Positions 61,713 through 64,000 of a DNA stretch of 64,000 bases are shown piece after piece (position 1 is the first letter of the stretch; every line of letters begins with the position of its first letter). Below the pieces are notes generated by a model. It searched no databases and was not told the origin of the DNA. It saw only the letters and a list, made by a program, of their open reading frames with translations. The DNA comes from Takakia lepidozioides (Eukaryota > Plantae > Bryophyta): assembly GCA_030704615.1 (NCBI GenBank), contig CM060731.1, forward strand, positions 63,798,001 to 63,862,000, read 5' to 3'. The position numbers were made by a program, and so were the translations under genes.

Positions 61713-64000
61713 GTAATCTGATTTGTACTGTTGATGTGCACTTACTTATACTAGTGTGGTAGGGGGATGACAGCAACATGACATGCCCAATTCGCAAGGA
61801 AGTGGAAGTTAGCATGCGACTGGCCTGTGTAATTGTGGGCATGTGTATATGTACCAGTTGCATTATGTATGTGGCGCTATGTTGCTCTTCTGCTTGAAGG
61901 CGGTCGTATTAGGAGGGCTTGAATCTGTGTAGACTTCACAGAGCACTAGGTTGATTTGATGCCAACAGTGTGGGGTTGGCTCTAGGGAGGCCACTTCCAA
62001 ATATTCCGATACTATGTGCAAAAATATAGGATACAATATATAAAATTTAGAAAACAATTACAAATAAACATGGGTACCAATATATCGTGGTTTCAGAATT
62101 TAAATGAATATAGGGTCTGGAATATAGATTTATTTTTATTTTTTTACAACTACCAATAGGGTCCTGATAAAGACCTGGGACGCGTGTCGTCTAGTTACTG
62201 GTTTATCAAGTGGGCTAGACTTGGATTTGGGGACCTGAACTATTGACGACACTTGGTTTGCAAATCTAAATGGCACCTTAAATTCAAGTATGATGTAACA
62301 GATACTAAATGGATAGACATAGATTCAATCATTAGTTCAATTACTATGACTTTTGACAAAGTTCAGAGTGCTTACAGCTTGAATGCTACCGATGCCCAAG
62401 CCTTGGATGAGTTTGTTTCGACCAAATAATTAATGAACTATTTTTTGCTGAAAAAAAAAAACTTTATTGCATTGTTACTATAGCATGCTTGAAATTTGTT
62501 AGCAGCAGTAAAATATAATTAACATAGCCTTTCACAAAAATATTGAAGTATAGGGTGGCCGATAAAGACCAAAATAAAAACAATACCCTCATACAAATTA
62601 CCATTTTTTTCGCACGTGATGTATAAAAAATATAGGGAGTGGCTCCCCCGAGGGTTGGCTTACCTTGTACATGTGTGTATTTGGGACTAGTATGGTATGG
62701 GTTGGGGCTGGTTTGGGGGTTGGCTGGATATATTTGTATCCATGATGAAGCATCATATTTTAGGGTTCAATATGTACACAAGAAGAAATATGTATATGGA
62801 GGTACTAACATGGTTATAGTTTTAGATTGAGAACTAACATTCCTTTGCTACTGCAGGAGATGTGGGGGTGAGTGTTGCATTGCATCTTGCATTGCACTCG
62901 GGTCACATGACATTGGTGAGGGCAAGCCTAACTATACTACAATTTCCCTATCTTATCCATTTAGGGCATACAAGCATGGCTCGCATTTTTTAACCTTGGT
63001 GTGTAGGCGTTGACCGACCTTCACATTGCTATCATACCTGCATTTGTTGGCTGCCTCTAGAGGCTGATGTGCCAATGAAATATGCATTCATATAGAAGCA
63101 TGTAGGTTTTACTAGTCTCCTTTCAGCCGGGGGTGTGTACATGCGGGGGGATGCCATCTGCAACCTAAGCATTCACCAGCACAAGCACAATCCTTGGCCA
63201 ACAAATTGACAGGACCATGTGCACAGCTGCCTGAGCAAGCACAAGCCCAAGCCCAAGGCCAACAAATTGACAAGACCATGTGCACAGCAGCCTGAGCCCT
63301 AACCAGCACGCGGCGGAAGCCCAAGGCCAGTAAAATTGGCAAACACTTGCACAATTAGAAGGCTAGCAAAACGTAATGTGCACAAAAGCTACAGGGCCAT
63401 CTTCTCACCCTGTTTGGCCCCACGAATCTTCCCCAGCTGGCAGCCCATGCATGAGCACATGAAGGGTGAAATAAAACACCTACTCATAGGATGAACCCGA
63501 ACAAATTTCATCCCGTCAATAAAAGTTGGAATTTATTCCAACTTTTTGTAAGTTTTTGGGAAAGGGCCCAAAAAATGGGGCCCACACTCAACAGTGGCGT
63601 TTTCGCTCGTTTTTCGCTGATTGGGCTGAAAATTTCCAGATGTCTACAAGAGCTTAGGTAGGAACCTAATGTCCGGTCAACTTTTGCAAATTCTTTTTTT
63701 CAGCAAGAAATGTGGGTCAATTTTTAAGAGAAAAAACAACATAGAGCAATGGGCATTTAAGGGTTAACATCTGTCATCATTGCTTCCTTGACATCAATGA
63801 ATTGGACATAATTGAAAAGATTAGGCTACTCCATGAAAGTTATGTTGCATAATATAATACCACTCCGTGCTACACTTTGTACACATCCTCCTCAACATAT
63901 ATTCTAAAAAGACTTGTTTTGTGATGTAGAAATTTAAATAATGAATTTAATGTCAATACGCAGACACATCTTATGCCGCTTTTGACCTTGGTTATCAAGG

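Larger units (their letters stand above)
59158..63763 (+). mobile_element. Degenerate piggyBac-like DNA transposon
   Basis: Transposase debris 59761-61712 and right end GCATTTAAGGG|TTAA (TTAA 63764-63767); left TIR not found, left boundary arbitrary. Confidence 0.7.

Overview
Eukaryotic nuclear DNA from a non-seed land plant, probably a moss (inferred from the repeat types, the Tcn1-like chromovirus and PLS-PPR debris). 1-23.9 kb is a nest of retroelements; 24-58 kb holds four intron-containing host genes (plastid Mfd/TRCF-like helicase, an uncharacterised hydrophilic protein, NDPK1 with an intronic snR38-type C/D snoRNA array, and B12D) interspersed with Helitron-like, SINE and MITE repeats; 58-64 kb holds CACTA-like and piggyBac remnants. 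The most unusual system is a Ty3/Gypsy-order retrotransposon family (gag-PR-DNMT3-like-RT-RH-INT-PHD) without conventional twin LTRs. Its termini are split direct repeats, A1...PPT-B1-GC-A2-B2, with a palindromic GACA-GC-TGTC junction. The 3' B1-A2-B2 module is seen in two diverged subfamilies; A1 and a 4-bp TSD are seen for one insertion. That layout is what integration of a 2-LTR circle at an att site inside the LTR would give. The methyltransferase domain is truncated in both visible copies. One insertion has been split by an inversion and carries a nested, apparently self-priming chromovirus. Coordinates were read by eye; exon and repeat boundaries may be off by a few bases.
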